Assembly (NCBI RefSeq): GCF_001194135.2
Contig: NC_068993.1
Coordinates: 36,002,198-36,066,197 of the forward strand
DNA from: Octopus bimaculoides
Taxonomy: Eukaryota
Reading direction: 5' to 3'
DNA length: 64,000 bases
The position numbers were made by a program, and so were the translations under genes. Positions within the stretch are counted from its first letter, which is position 1. Every line of letters begins with the position of its first letter. Below, one piece after another: positions 13,465 through 26,260 of this stretch. Under the pieces are notes generated by a model. That model was not told the origin of the DNA. It saw only the letters and a list, made by a program, of their open reading frames with translations, and did no database searches.

Positions 13465-15518
13465 CCTTGTAGTCATCAATTTATAGATGGTTAAGAAGAA
13501 CATCGATTTTTAGAGGCTTCATCTACTCCGAGAAGAGGCTGCGAGGGCGAATGGCGCAAATTCCAAGCCAAAAATAAAAAAATGTTAAAAGAAAAGGTTA
13601 GTTAATCGTTTGGTCCGTTGGTCGTTTGGTCGGTAGGTCGGTCGTTTGGTCGGTTTTGCATCTTCATTCTTTTCTTTCGATCAAAGTGATATTTTAATAC
13701 GTTGGAACAGTTGTTTGTAAGGTAAACAAACATTGACCCAGCATGTCACAGTTTTATTTTCTATACACAACAGTCAACCATTATCACGTACAAGTCGCTT
13801 TATGAATCATTGCAATCAATTTCAGAAGAAAAATAATTTAAAATAAAAAACAAAATCTCTTCGATATCAGATCTATAACCTACAGAAAAACCAATTGAAT
13901 TTTGTCATAATTCAAGATTTGCTTTGATTTTTCTTTATATCCACTGTGACACTTTTTCGTCTTCTTGACAAACTATTAAACTACGTAACGATCTAATATG
14001 ATTTCTGTCTACTAATTCTTCTCAATGTATCCACATATTAATACAATTTGTATCATAAAAAAAAGCCTAATCTCTTGTGCATACATAAACGTTTACTTCA
14101 AACTTATACAGCTGCTCTTTGTGGCTGACTACTAGTATAATACACGTGTATGTGTATAAACACACACGCACATACACATAAATATATATACATACATATA
14201 TACATGTGAGTGCGTAAGACATAGACACATGTACATATGCATATACAAATACATATATATGTGTGTGTGTGTGTAATTGCTGTTTTTACCAGCGTTCACC
14301 TCAATGCGTAAACAGTACAAATCAAATTAAAGATGGTGGCGGATAGTAAAGTATTTTAAAACTTTTCGGTCGAAAAGGGATTTACTGAGATGTTTCACTT
14401 CTACGTTCACTTATGTATCAATGCTTAATATATTCAAATATTCCAGGAAGCAATATTTCAGAACTGAATAGAAAAACTAGTTTCTGCTCTGCTTTTTTTT
14501 TTTTCTCCATCACACTAACTTTTTTTTATTGTTAGTTAAGATTGCTTTTGTGCTGGTTAACATGAAAGAATCTTGATTCTTTCTCACTGAGTCTTCTTGT
14601 AATAGAATTGATTAAACATCATTGCAGTATGAACGTGTCTGTCATGGTTGATGGTTAACAAAGAAGTTAAAATCATCAACGCAAGCTATTATATTACTCG
14701 TTCTTCTTGCTGCTTCACTGTTCAGCTATCTTTACATAACTAGGTACAACGCATCTGCCCAGTTGAACATTTTTGCCCTTTGACAACACGTCTGACACTA
14801 GCACAGCACAAGCTGTAAAAGCCCAAATGATACCCAACTTAAACTTTTACACCGATCAACCGATATAACTGGCAAGCTCGTTAATTTAAGCATTCTTTAT
14901 GTGATTCCGTTGTTACACTTACCTTCAAAATACAGTGAACCAGTATTTGACCAACTGGAAACCTGAAACAAACGACGCTATTGTTCACCACTTGAAATAT
15001 AAAATAAAAAACAGTATGTCTACAATACATTACCTCATGATCAACAACACCGTGGATAATGTATTTTAATATATTATCCATGCTGTTATTCACCAGTGTG
15101 TCTAAATTATATTATCTAATAAGGTCTTACCTTTTTTAAGACGTTAGAGTTCCCTTAGAAATAAAAAATAAAAACACGATTTATTGTAATGTCTTTATTC
15201 AAGCATTGTAAATTGTAGAGTTACTTGCAAGTAACAATGTTTCAGGCAAAACTCTTCATCGAAGAAACTAGCAAACCAGGTGGTAAGTCAACCAAACAAT
15301 CTCCATAACTATATATCAACAAACTAAAAATGGAGTCCATAAGAGGGTATCTACGTAGTCACATGACCTGGTAGAAATAGCAGTTAAATCTCCTTCAAAT
15401 TGTACCATACCCTTAAAATGAAGGAACACATTGGATAAAAGTCTTGGACGGGCTGTTCATTGTTTCAGTTTGAACAAGAACAACAATGAAGTCCTAAGCA
15501 GTCGGCAAGCTTCTAGAG

Positions 15519-15836
15519 CGGGGGTTCTCAACTATTCTTTTATCTTTGGTCCCTTTGATTACTATTGTATTTTGGTGGACCCCCATAGACATTCAATGTT
15601 TAAAAACTAGTTTTAGAGATTTTTCTTTCTAAATTCCTATTTTCTTTTTCACAAATTTACTTAGTATGTTGAATTGTGTAGAATGTTAGAGAAAGAAACC
15701 AATTATTTTCTTGCAATAAACACAGAGTATTTTTTTTACCGTTACTATACTACTGTGAATCCCCACTATATTATTTTGGTTGTGTGTATCTTATATAGAT
15801 CCCTGTGGTCATATGGACCCCGGTTGAGAACCACAG
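15519..15836. mobile_element. hAT/Charlie-type MITE with 8-bp TSD TTCTAGAG
   Basis: TIRs 'cgggggttctcaac' / 'gttgagaaccacag'; identical TTCTAGAG at 15511-15518 and 15837-15844. Confidence 0.88.
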
Positions 15837-16164
15837 TTCTAGAGCGTCATTCGATCTAGTTAATGAAGCAGTCGAATCTTCTACAAATTTATAATCATTT
15901 TTACATTGGAAGATCACTTGTTCTTAAATCTTAGAAGAGCATGCCTCTGAATTAATTAATACATGATAATCGGGGTACCAGATGTTCTTAAATCATGACC
16001 TTACATAAATTAACGCATGACAATCTCAGCTAAGTTTCTAATCAAACAAGTTTTCTGAAGTCGTTTGGTTTGTGATTGGCGGATTTCGATTATTTCTGGA
16101 AAAGGATCAAGTTAACAAAAAATGAATATTTTAGAGTAGACGTAAACTATAATTCTTCGAGTTT

Positions 16165-16251
<87 letters not shown>

Positions 16252-16262
16252 CTGTTATTGCT
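16165..16262. repeat. (GTT)n(GAT)n microsatellite
   Basis: Directly visible. Confidence 0.95.
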
Positions 16263-16387
16263 GTTGTGTGTTAGTATTATTCTTATTTAACCCTACATAG
16301 ACTTCTGATGTGGCAGATTTATGATAAAAGGATTACATCTTATTTTCAAACATACTGCTTCTAATCAATACTGCTTCAATGTATATA

Positions 16388-16693
16388 CTAGCTTAAAAGC
16401 CGCACCCCGTGCGGACTTTTTGGCTAACTTTTGCGGAGGGCTAATTGGGCCTGCGGCCCAAAACTAAAGGGAACTAAATAAAACTATATGTCTATAATTA
16501 CTATATTTCCCGGTGGTGTTTGATCATAGTTTATGGACGGGTGAGAATTAATTCTCTAATGCAATCATTCTATTGCTCCACTCCCAAGTTGAATTCCAAC
16601 TGTTGATCAATTTGTCCCAAAGTTTTTAACGAAGTGAATGTCATTTATCTCCCTCTGAGAAACGCCAAGCAAAATGACTGAATTTGCCAAGCT
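16388..16693 (-). mobile_element. short non-autonomous Helitron-like element (module B, copy 1)
   Basis: Minus-strand 3' end: hairpin CCGCAC-ggg-GTGCGG, then cttttaag, then CTAG followed by T; whole length aligns with 23320-23646. Confidence 0.65.
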
Positions 16694-16812
16694 TTACTTG
16701 CTAGAAATAGCAACACAAATGCTTTTAAATCAGATCCCAATGCTACTACTACTACAACTACTACTACTAATATTATTATTATTATTACTACTACTACTAT
16801 TATTATTATAAT

Positions 16813-17458
<646 letters not shown>

Positions 17459-17468
17459 NNNNNNNNNN

Positions 17469-18320
17469 TGTTTCTGTTTTTAGATTCCACATTCGAGTTA
17501 CCTCTATTTCCAGGTCTTTGTATTTTGAAAGTTTCTCCATTTCTTTTAGGGAAACGTTGTCATCTGCTGGTATTGATACATCAAGTAGAAAGCATTCTTT
17601 TCTTCATGATTTCTGACAACTATATCTGGCCTATTAGCCTTACAACTATATCTGGCCTATTAGCCTTAATTTCTCTATCTGTGTGCATTGGCATATTTCC
17701 CAGAGTATGGTTGTTTTCTCGTTTTCTGTGACCCTTTTCTGACGTGTGTCTATACCATCTTTTTTCTGTTGTTATTCCATAGTGTTGGCATAGCTTCCAG
17801 TGTATGTAGATCCCAGCTCTGTCGCGTTTGATGTCATCCATGAATAATAAGTGGTTGACTTTTTGTAGGCGGCTTTTGAATACATACTCAGCCTTTGCTT
17901 TCCTCGGAATCAATGTTACTGGTATCATGCACAGTACAAAGATCAGTGGGAACAGGCAGTCCCCTTGGAAGATGCCTCTCCTGGTTTCTATTGACCCTAA
18001 ACTTCTTCCATATGCTGTTAGTTCGGTCCTCCACTTCGCCACACTTTTTCCAAGCAATCGCTCAACATTCGATGCAATACCAAATAGGTTCATACATTCC
18101 ATAATCCAAGAATGTGGGATCATATCGTACGCCTTACAATAATCGATCCATGACATGGCTGCGTTACTTTTCCTCCTCTTGCAGTTCTAAGTACAGTTTG
18201 TCCTACCAGGAGTTGATCCTTGGTACCTCTGCACTTACGCTTGAAACCCTACTGCTCATGTGGCAGCACTCCATTTTCTCCAGATGTTCGTACATTGACT
18301 CTGCGACTATTCCAGTCAAT
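17469..18320 (-). mobile_element. R4/Dong-clade fragment (copy c), internally deleted
   Basis: ORF 17620..18156: 'WIDYCKAYDMIPHSW', 'GIFQGDCLFPLIF', 'NHLLFMDDIK' fused directly to 'RDRAGIYIHWKLC...ANRPDIVV'. Confidence 0.9.
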
Positions 18321-18325
18321 ATTAC

Positions 18326-18374
<49 letters not shown>

Positions 18375-18375
18375 T

Positions 18376-20042
18376 ACTTTTAATCTGCATGTTTGTTACA
18401 GTCACTTGCCGAGACACACCTAGTGTCATGGGGAGAGTGAAGGATAAGAGATGTTACAGTATGACTGAAAGATTGGAAAGGGGAATTAGCGAAATATCTT
18501 CATGTAATACAACACCGATATTTAAATGGTTAGGGTTTTTCTAAGGATGTGGGTAGTGCTTGTCAGTACAATCTGTTAGGTTTCTCTGAGACATGATTCT
18601 CCTGGTATCTTATCTATATGTTTCTGACATCGCTTCTTTATCCTACCTAGGGAACCTGCAATAACAGGAACAGTTCGCGTTTTAAGATGCCACATCTTTT
18701 GTATTTCAATTTCCAGGTCCTTATATTTACTTGGTTTGTCAAATTCCTTGACAGATATATTTTCATCAGTGGGAACACTTACATCTATTAGTCTGTCTAC
18801 AAGTATTTTCTTCCCTTGTCTTTAATAATTATGTCTGGTCAATTAGCCTGGATCGTTCTGTCGCTATTGATTGGAAAATCCCAGAGGATAGGGACATTTT
18901 TACCTTCAACGACTGGCTCAAGGTGATGTTCATACCTGTAAGCAGGAGTGCTGATTTTTTAGTGTGTACATATTTTCCAATGTAAATATTGTCCTACCCT
19001 ATCGTGGCGACTTTTGTATTCATTTGGTGTCAGCACAGAAAATAGCGAGACGAGATGGTCTATTGTTTCGTCAAATGTGTCGCAGAATCTGCATATAGGG
19101 TGAGAGCCGTTTTGAAGAACGTTAGCCTGGTAGCTGTTAGTGAGCAAGCTTTGATCTTGTGCCGCCAATATGAAACCTTCAGTCTCTGCTTTCAGTCCTG
19201 AGCTTCTCAGCCATTGTTGGGTTGTTGCTTGATCTACATCAGCATTTCGAATTCGGAGTATATACTATCCATGCACTCCTCAATTTGTTTCTGCTCGTTC
19301 TTTCTTGCAGTCTGTTTGATTCATTTTGCTTGTTTTGTGGCAGTGATTTCAGGTTCTTCAAATATTTCAGGATTAATGCCAAGTTTCCTTGCGAATTTGC
19401 AAGCTTCCTTGAATGTGATCTTTTGCTGCTTTCATGTTTGCACACAAGTCGCAGCGTCCAGTCCTCTGTACTGGATAAGTACCAGTTCATTGCTATTGTG
19501 GAGGTCTTATAGCACAGTTCTACCTGCATCATTCCTCTTCCCCCATTACTTCTAGGTAGGTACAGATGATCAACATCTGCTTTTGGATGGTGCATGTTCT
19601 TAGATGTTAGTAGTTTTTTTGTCTTCCTGTCAAGCCGTTGGAGTTCTGTAAGATTCCAGTTAATGATGTTAAAACTGTATTGGATTACTGGAAGTGCCCG
19701 AATGTTAATGGCTTCAATGCGATTTTTAGAGTTGATTTCAGTTTTTAGTATGAGTTTTATTCTCCTGTAATATTCCTTTCTTATTTTTCCTTCATGGTAG
19801 GATGTTGTATACCATCTCATTCGTTTATCCCCAGGTATTTGTAATTTTCTTGTGGATCAAGTTCTTTGATGGTAGTGTCGGTATCTAATTTAATGGAAGC
19901 TGTTTGCCTGATCTTACCTCTTACAAAAGTTGCTTTAGCACACTTATCAAGGCCAAAATCCATCCCGATGTCATTACTGAATTCTTTAACAGATGTTTGC
20001 AGCACTACTAGCTCTTCGTTATTTCTAACAAGCAGCTTCACA

Positions 20043-20044
<2 letters not shown>
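18376..20044 (-). mobile_element. R4/Dong-clade fragment (copy d), 5'-truncated at the YMDD motif
   Basis: 'DVKLL...FGLDKCAKATF', 'HPKADVDHLYLPRSNGGRG', 'AAQDQSL', CCHC 'CRFCDTFDETIDHLVS', 'SKYKDLEIEI'; 3' UTR ends in (TAA)n at 18323-18375. Confidence 0.92.
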
Positions 20045-20077
<33 letters not shown>

Positions 20078-21264
20078 NNNNNNNNNNNNNNNNNNNNNNN
20101 NNNNNNNNNNNNNNNNNNNNNNNNNNNNNNNNNNNNNNNNNNNNNNNNNNNNNNNNNNNNNNNNNNNNNNNNNNNNNNNNNNNNNNNNNNNNNNNNNNNN
20201 NNNNNNNNNNNNNNNNNNNNNNNNNNNNNNNNNNNNNNNNNNNNNNNNNNNNNNNNNNNNNNNNNNNNNNNNNNNNNNNNNNNNNNNNNNNNNNNNNNNN
20301 NNNNNNNNNNNNNNNNNNNNNNNNNNNNNNNNNNNNNNNNNNNNNNNNNNNNNNNNNNNNNNNNNNNNNNNNNNNNNNNNNNNNNNNNNNNNNNNNNNNN
20401 NNNNNNNNNNNNNNNNNNNNNNNNNNNNNNNNNNNNNNNNNNNNNNNNNNNNNNNNNNNNNNNNNNNNNNNNNNNNNNNNNNNNNNNNNNNNNNNNNNNN
20501 NNNNNNNNNNNNNNNNNNNNNNNNNNNNNNNNNNNNNNNNNNNNNNNNNNNNNNNNNNNNNNNNNNNNNNNNNNNNNNNNNNNNNNNNNNNNNNNNNNNN
20601 NNNNNNNNNNNNNNNNNNNNNNNNNNNNNNNNNNNNNNNNNNNNNNNNNNNNNNNNNNNNNNNNNNNNNNNNNNNNNNNNNNNNNNNNNNNNNNNNNNNN
20701 NNNNNNNNNNNNNNNNNNNNNNNNNNNNNNNNNNNNNNNNNNNNNNNNNNNNNNNNNNNNNNNNNNNNNNNNNNNNNNNNNNNNNNNNNNNNNNNNNNNN
20801 NNNNNNNNNNNNNNNNNNNNNNNNNNNNNNNNNNNNNNNNNNNNNNNNNNNNNNNNNNNNNNNNNNNNNNNNNNNNNNAATTAAATTAAACAATGGGGTA
20901 AAAAAAAATTGGATATTAATTAATACCAATTTAATACCAGGTAACTAGCACATTAAAAGAATCAGGGAGATTCAGAAAAATATCTGAGATCTCAAGGATT
21001 ATTGTATATGTTTATATAAAGATATATACGAGTATATATACAGGAGACCAGTAGGTGGACTGGTCAAGCGCTAGAAAAAGATCACATGTCATGTGTCTCC
21101 TAAGACCGAATAATTCTCAAAGGGAATTTAGCGAAGCAACAAAAACGTAAAGCGGGCAAGACCAGTGAAAATTACACAAAAAAAAATACAATTATCTGCA
21201 AACTTCGGCGAAATTTGAACTCAGAATATGAAGACGGACGAAATGTGGCTCACCGTCTTTGTAT

Positions 21265-22335
21265 TTGCATATGTTGATAGACATATAGGTATGCACGCAC
21301 GTACACACACACAAACACACTCACACATCACACACAAACACAGACACACACATTAATCTAACTGCATACATTATATATGTAAATATTTGTTTGTGTACAT
21401 GCGTGTATGCTAGTGTATGCATGGGTATGAAGCATCTATGTGTGAAATTCATTCAAGAATTTCTCGTCTAGTCCAGAAATTTCTATATTTCTTCATATTG
21501 TCATTATGACGTCACAATATCGAAAACGTTTTCTTCAAAGCCTTCGTTTCAAATAATATTCAGTCTCTTTCAGCCTTTCGTGGTGATTAGAGGCTAGGGA
21601 ACACCTGAAGACTAGAGTGAAGTCAGAGTCATCTTCACCTTGCTTTTGTGTTTGTGGGGATATACTGAACAGACCCTCACAAGTATGTCCACCACACAAT
21701 TGTTTCCTCGTAACTTTCAGAAAAAAAATGGATATCTTTCAAGGAAATATTCTACAAATTCCTCTCAGATATCGTACATTACAACGATCGGAATTTAATG
21801 TGAAAACAATAGATGTCGCGAACACATATAGAGTGACAGACACCAATTTTTTTCGAAATTTCAAGTTCCATTTTGTGGATATATTTGTTATGTGTGTCAG
21901 TATATATGTGTGTACTTACTTTCGCAAATTTTTCCCGTTTCTTTTACACATTAAATTCCGATATAATTGTACTCTACACCATCTGAGAGGAATTTGTAGA
22001 AAATTTCTTTAAAAATATACCCATTTTTCTGGAAGTTATCAGGAAACACGGGGACACAATTGTGTGAGTCTGGCGTTTTATGCACCTTTGAGTTCTTAAA
22101 CACCCTTTGCAACATGCTGGTTGGTACCATAACATAGTTACAAGGTGTCCGGTATTGTTCCTTCAACCGTATGAACTTTTAGCCAGGCAATTTCAGGGCA
22201 GGAAACCTGGAGGTTGCAACCAGAAACGATATTTCATTCTCGATATATTCACACAGAATATTTCGTTGTAAATAATCGTCTAACTGTAAGGAGATATGAG
22301 AGTAAGGATCGGTAAATAAAAATCACACATGAAAT
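21265..22335 (+). repeat. unclassified interspersed repeat (module A, copy 1) containing a (CA)n tract
   Basis: Aligns with 22852-23319 (direct) and 25185-25760 (inverted, internally deleted). Confidence 0.75.
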
Positions 22336-22339
22336 ATTC

Positions 22340-22545
22340 CTTTCTATTGTAGGAAACAAGGCTTGAAATTAGGTGGAGTGAGTAGTCGATCATATTGACC
22401 CCAACGCTTGACTGATACTTATCTTATCAATCACAAAAGGATCAAACGAACCGTCGACCTCGACAGAATTTGAACGCAGATTGCGAAGGCGGATGAAGTG
22501 CTGCTGGCGTGCTAACCAGTCTGCAGCTTATCACCCTATGAACAC
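22340..22545 (-). mobile_element. tRNA-derived SINE (family 3), diverged
   Basis: Aligns with 37005-37243 ('gtcgacctcgacagaatttgaac', 'gcgtgctaac'). Confidence 0.75.
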
Positions 22546-22851
22546 GAAATAATGGTTACTCAACATATAGTCCACGGGTAGACGCAGAGAGAAGAGTAAA
22601 AACTAGGTAAGTGTTTAAATAAAACACAAGTTTGCTGCCATGGAAACGTTTCATATTTTCTTCATATTTCTTATTATAATAAAAGTGAATTTCTGTCTGT
22701 CTACGACCCCTCTATCTCAGTCGACATTTGCTCTACATAAGACATACTGTACCTTTTTAGAATCAGAATGATCCCGGGATTGGACGAAATGGCGAAAAGC
22801 ATTTTGCCCGGTGTGCTAACGATTCTACCAGCTCACCGCCTTTGTAGCAGT

Positions 22852-23319
22852 ATATGTTGATAAACTGATGGGTATGCACACACACACGCACACACACACA
22901 CACACACACACATGCGCACAAATGCGTATATACACACAAATACACGCACACACACACACATTAATGCAAATACATACTTCATATGTATAAATATATAGAA
23001 AAAAGAAAAAAAAACATTAAGATATTTTGAGAGGAATTGCGTGCGCATGTAGCGTCTATCTGTGAAATTCATTCAAGAATTTCTCGTCTAGTCCAGAGAT
23101 TCCTATATTTCTTCATATTGTCATTATGACGTCACAATATCGAAAACGTTTTTTCTCCAAGGCCTCCGTTTCAAATAATATTCAGTCCCTTTCAACCTTT
23201 CGCGGTGATTAGAGGCTAGGGAATGTGTGAGCCGGGGGACGCACCTGAAGACTAGAGTGAAGTCAGAGTCATCTTCACCTTGTTTTTGATGTTTATAGGG
23301 ATATTTTGAGCAGACCCTC
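22852..23319 (+). repeat. module A, copy 2 (partial)
   Basis: 'tgtgaaattcattcaagaatttctcgtctagtccag...tatgacgtcacaatatcgaaaacg...gaagactagagtgaagtcagagtcatcttcacc' nearly identical to 21441-21670; preceded by a minus-strand SINE head at about 22760-22850. Confidence 0.8.
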
Positions 23320-23646
23320 AGCTTGGCAAATTCATGTCTTCTTGGTCGGCGTTTGTTAGATGACATCAGAGATGAAGGGGAGATAAATGACATTCACTTC
23401 GTTAATTTTACGTCCAGGTCAAAAGCTGACCAACAGTTGGAATTCAACTTGGGACTGGAACAATAGAATAATTGCATTATAGAATTAATTCTCCTCCATC
23501 CTTAACCTCTGATCAAACACCAGCAGGGCATATAATCATTATTATAGTTATGCTATTTAGCTGTCCTTAGCTTTGTGTCGCAGGCCCAGTTAATCTTCCG
23601 CAGGAGCTAGTTTAAAAGTCCGCACGGAATACAGCTTTTAAGCTAG
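23320..23646 (+). mobile_element. Helitron-like module B, copy 2
   Basis: Starts 'agcttggcaaattca' and ends 'ccgcacggaatacagcttttaagCTAG|t'; same ends as 16388-16693. Confidence 0.65.
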
Positions 23647-23776
23647 TCTCTAATAAAGTTAAGTGGTTTCCTCATTAATTTTCGATAAATACCATATACC
23701 CACTATAGCTTCAAATACAATTTGACAATATGGCTTACAATATGTTTGGGACTAAGAATGTCGTTTATGTGCAACA

Positions 23777-23860
<84 letters not shown>

Positions 23861-24299
23861 TCTCTCACACACACACACACATACTCGCCCGCGCAAACTT
23901 TGTGGGCTTTCTTGAAGTTACTTTTCTCCATAAACTTTAGCTCATTTAAATTGTCCAATGTTTCTTCCTTACATCTTTTCGTATCAACCCTTAAACACTG
24001 AGGCAGGTACCTCCGGTACTTAAAGTATTAGAAATGAGAAACATGAAGCCACCGACTGTCTCAGTAAGATAAAAACTCACCCCTTTGACCCTAAATACAA
24101 CCAATCTCCTTTCTTTCATGCCTTTTGTAAGATAAATATTTTAAAGAATGTTCTTCATTGATATTTTCCCATGTCTTTTGTGTTAATTCATTTATGTAGT
24201 GAGCGAGATTTAACTGTTATTTCTAGCGGACCTTGAAACCACCTGATGGATCTCCAGTCGAACAAATTGTATAAACAAGAGGAATCCACACGAGATTCT

Positions 24300-24560
24300 G
24301 AAGAGAAATAGCTGAGTGTAGTGAATCGTATGGAATCTAAGAGATTGGGTACAACAAGCACCATGAGAAAAGAGAGACGACTGGGACCAATTGTAGTGCG
24401 AAGACGGCATGAATCCAGCCAGTTCCGCAGTGCAGGGAGAAGACTTAGCTCGTTTATGGCGAAAGACAACCAGTGTAGCTTTTTTACTCGGTACAGTCTA
24501 GTATGACTATATGTGCAGCAACAGCTCCGTTGCAAATGTGATGAAAGTAATAAGACGTGT
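24300..24560 (+). repeat. unclassified old repeat (module C, diverged copy)
   Basis: Aligns by eye with the reverse complement of 30030-30320 ('ctgagtgtagtg...ctaagag...ccagttc', 'gaaag.caa.cagt...atgtgca'). Confidence 0.55.
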
Positions 24561-25184
24561 GGTGGTGGTGGTGGTGGTGGTGCTGCTTGTACGAATTGCG
24601 TGTTTTGTCCCAAGGAAGTGAGTAAAATTGCAGCTGCTGCGCATGCATAGTTTCTTGCATTGATAAAACTGGCATATTCTGGGGTATCATGCGTTTATAG
24701 ATTTTGTTTTATTTACTGTTGGCAGATTTATCATGGAGGTGGACAGTGGTGGGAAGAAAGGTGTGACAGTTAGTAGTAGTTATGGTTGTAGCAGTAGAAT
24801 GTTATGGCAATGATGATGATGATAATGGGTCAGTTGTAGTATTCAGAGAAAATGAAGAATGTACATAGCTGCACAATGAAGGCAATTTCGTTGTGAAGAA
24901 TTCCCTTGAGAATATTATGACCAGCTTCATCAGTGAACATTTTGGGCTTTCTTTTATTCATTTTGTCCTTTCTTCTTGTTTTGAGAAGAAACCTAACTCC
25001 AAGCAACTTTTTACAGATCAATATTTAGACACTATTTTCTAAATCTGGCAAAGTATGAAGGGGGTGCAAATTTTGATTTTGCACCCCCTAAAAACCTTTA
25101 GTGGGTGCAAGCGCACCACCTGCACCTCATGCTCCTTGGCCCTTGGTTACATTCTGTTGAAATAGGCATTAATTATATGCTAAG

Positions 25185-25760
25185 TGACAATTATTTCATG
25201 TTCTACATATTGATTGTATTTAACGTTATTGTTATTTCTCTTTACTATCACAGAACTGAGATAAATCATTCTGCAGAAATGTATAGAGAGTGAGGAATGT
25301 TTCTGGTTGACCCTACCACCCCGCCTGGGTTTCTTGTACTGGAATCGCCTGGCTAAAAGTTCGTACAGTTACAGTAACACTACTGTATACCTCGTAACTA
25401 TGTTATGCTACCAACCAGCATGTTACATTGGGTGTTTAAAAACTTAAAGGTACAATAAAACATCCCCACAAACACTGGTGAAGACGACTCTCACTTCACA
25501 CGTCTTCAACTGCTTGAGTACCCCTCACGCCCTCTAGCGTACACATTCCTTAAAGAGACTAAAGATTTGTTTTAAAACAAAATCCACGAGAAACGTCATC
25601 GATATTATGACGTCATAATCACAAAACAAGAATGATTGAAATTTCTTTGGATAAGACGGAAGATGTTTAAATCTCACAGATATACACACACATGCACAAA
25701 CGCGCATTAGTAAACATACACACACACATCTACATATGTGTGTGTGTGCGCGTGCCCGCT
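25185..25760 (-). repeat. module A, copy 3 (inverted, internally deleted)
   Basis: 'gcctggctaaaagttcgtac...gtaactatgttatgctaccaaccagcatgtt' corresponds to the reverse complement of 22100-22190; 'ccccacaaacac..ggtgaagacgactc' to the reverse complement of 21605-21660. Confidence 0.75.
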
Positions 25761-26049
25761 TTTATAGAGCCCTCCGCAGGAGCTAGCCAAAGTGTCTACG
25801 GAGTGCGGCTTTTAAGGTGCAAGTATATATATATATATATATATAAATATATACACACACACACACANNNNNNNNNNNNNNNNNNNNNNNNNNNNNNNNN
25901 NNNNNNNNNNNNNNNNNNNNNNNNNNNNNNNNNNNNNNNNNNNNNNNNNNNNNNNNNNNNNNNNNNNNNNNNNNNNNNNNNNNNNNNNNNNNNNNNNNNN
26001 NNNNNNNNNNNNNNNNNNNNNNNNNNNNNNTATATATATATATATATGC

Positions 26050-26260
26050 TATTCTTGTGTTGTGAGGATGGTGTCTGGTCACTCAGCAGGACTAAAAACA
26101 AGACCTGTCTAAAGGCAGATGAGCTCGCTGTGGGCCAACGGCCATCCTGATGGGAAAGATAATGGCAAACCATCCCAATATCTCTCAAGCAAACATTATG
26201 AGAAGGTTAGAACAAAGTATCTCTCTGGCTTCATCCGACTGGAGAACTCGCGCTTAATCG
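26050..26260 (+). mobile_element. RTE-type retroelement head/UTR fragment
   Basis: 'aaaggcagatgag...ggccatcc...aatggcaaaccatcccaatatctc' resembles the GGCAAACCAC motif of RTE/BovB-related UTRs (recalled similarity, not searched). Confidence 0.45.

Noticed and set aside
24537-24617. Signal-peptide-like exon MKVIRRVVVVVVVVLLVRIACFVPR with a GTGAGT donor
   Set aside because: The poly-Val comes from a (GTG)n microsatellite, the upstream part belongs to repeat family C, and no convincing downstream exon was found
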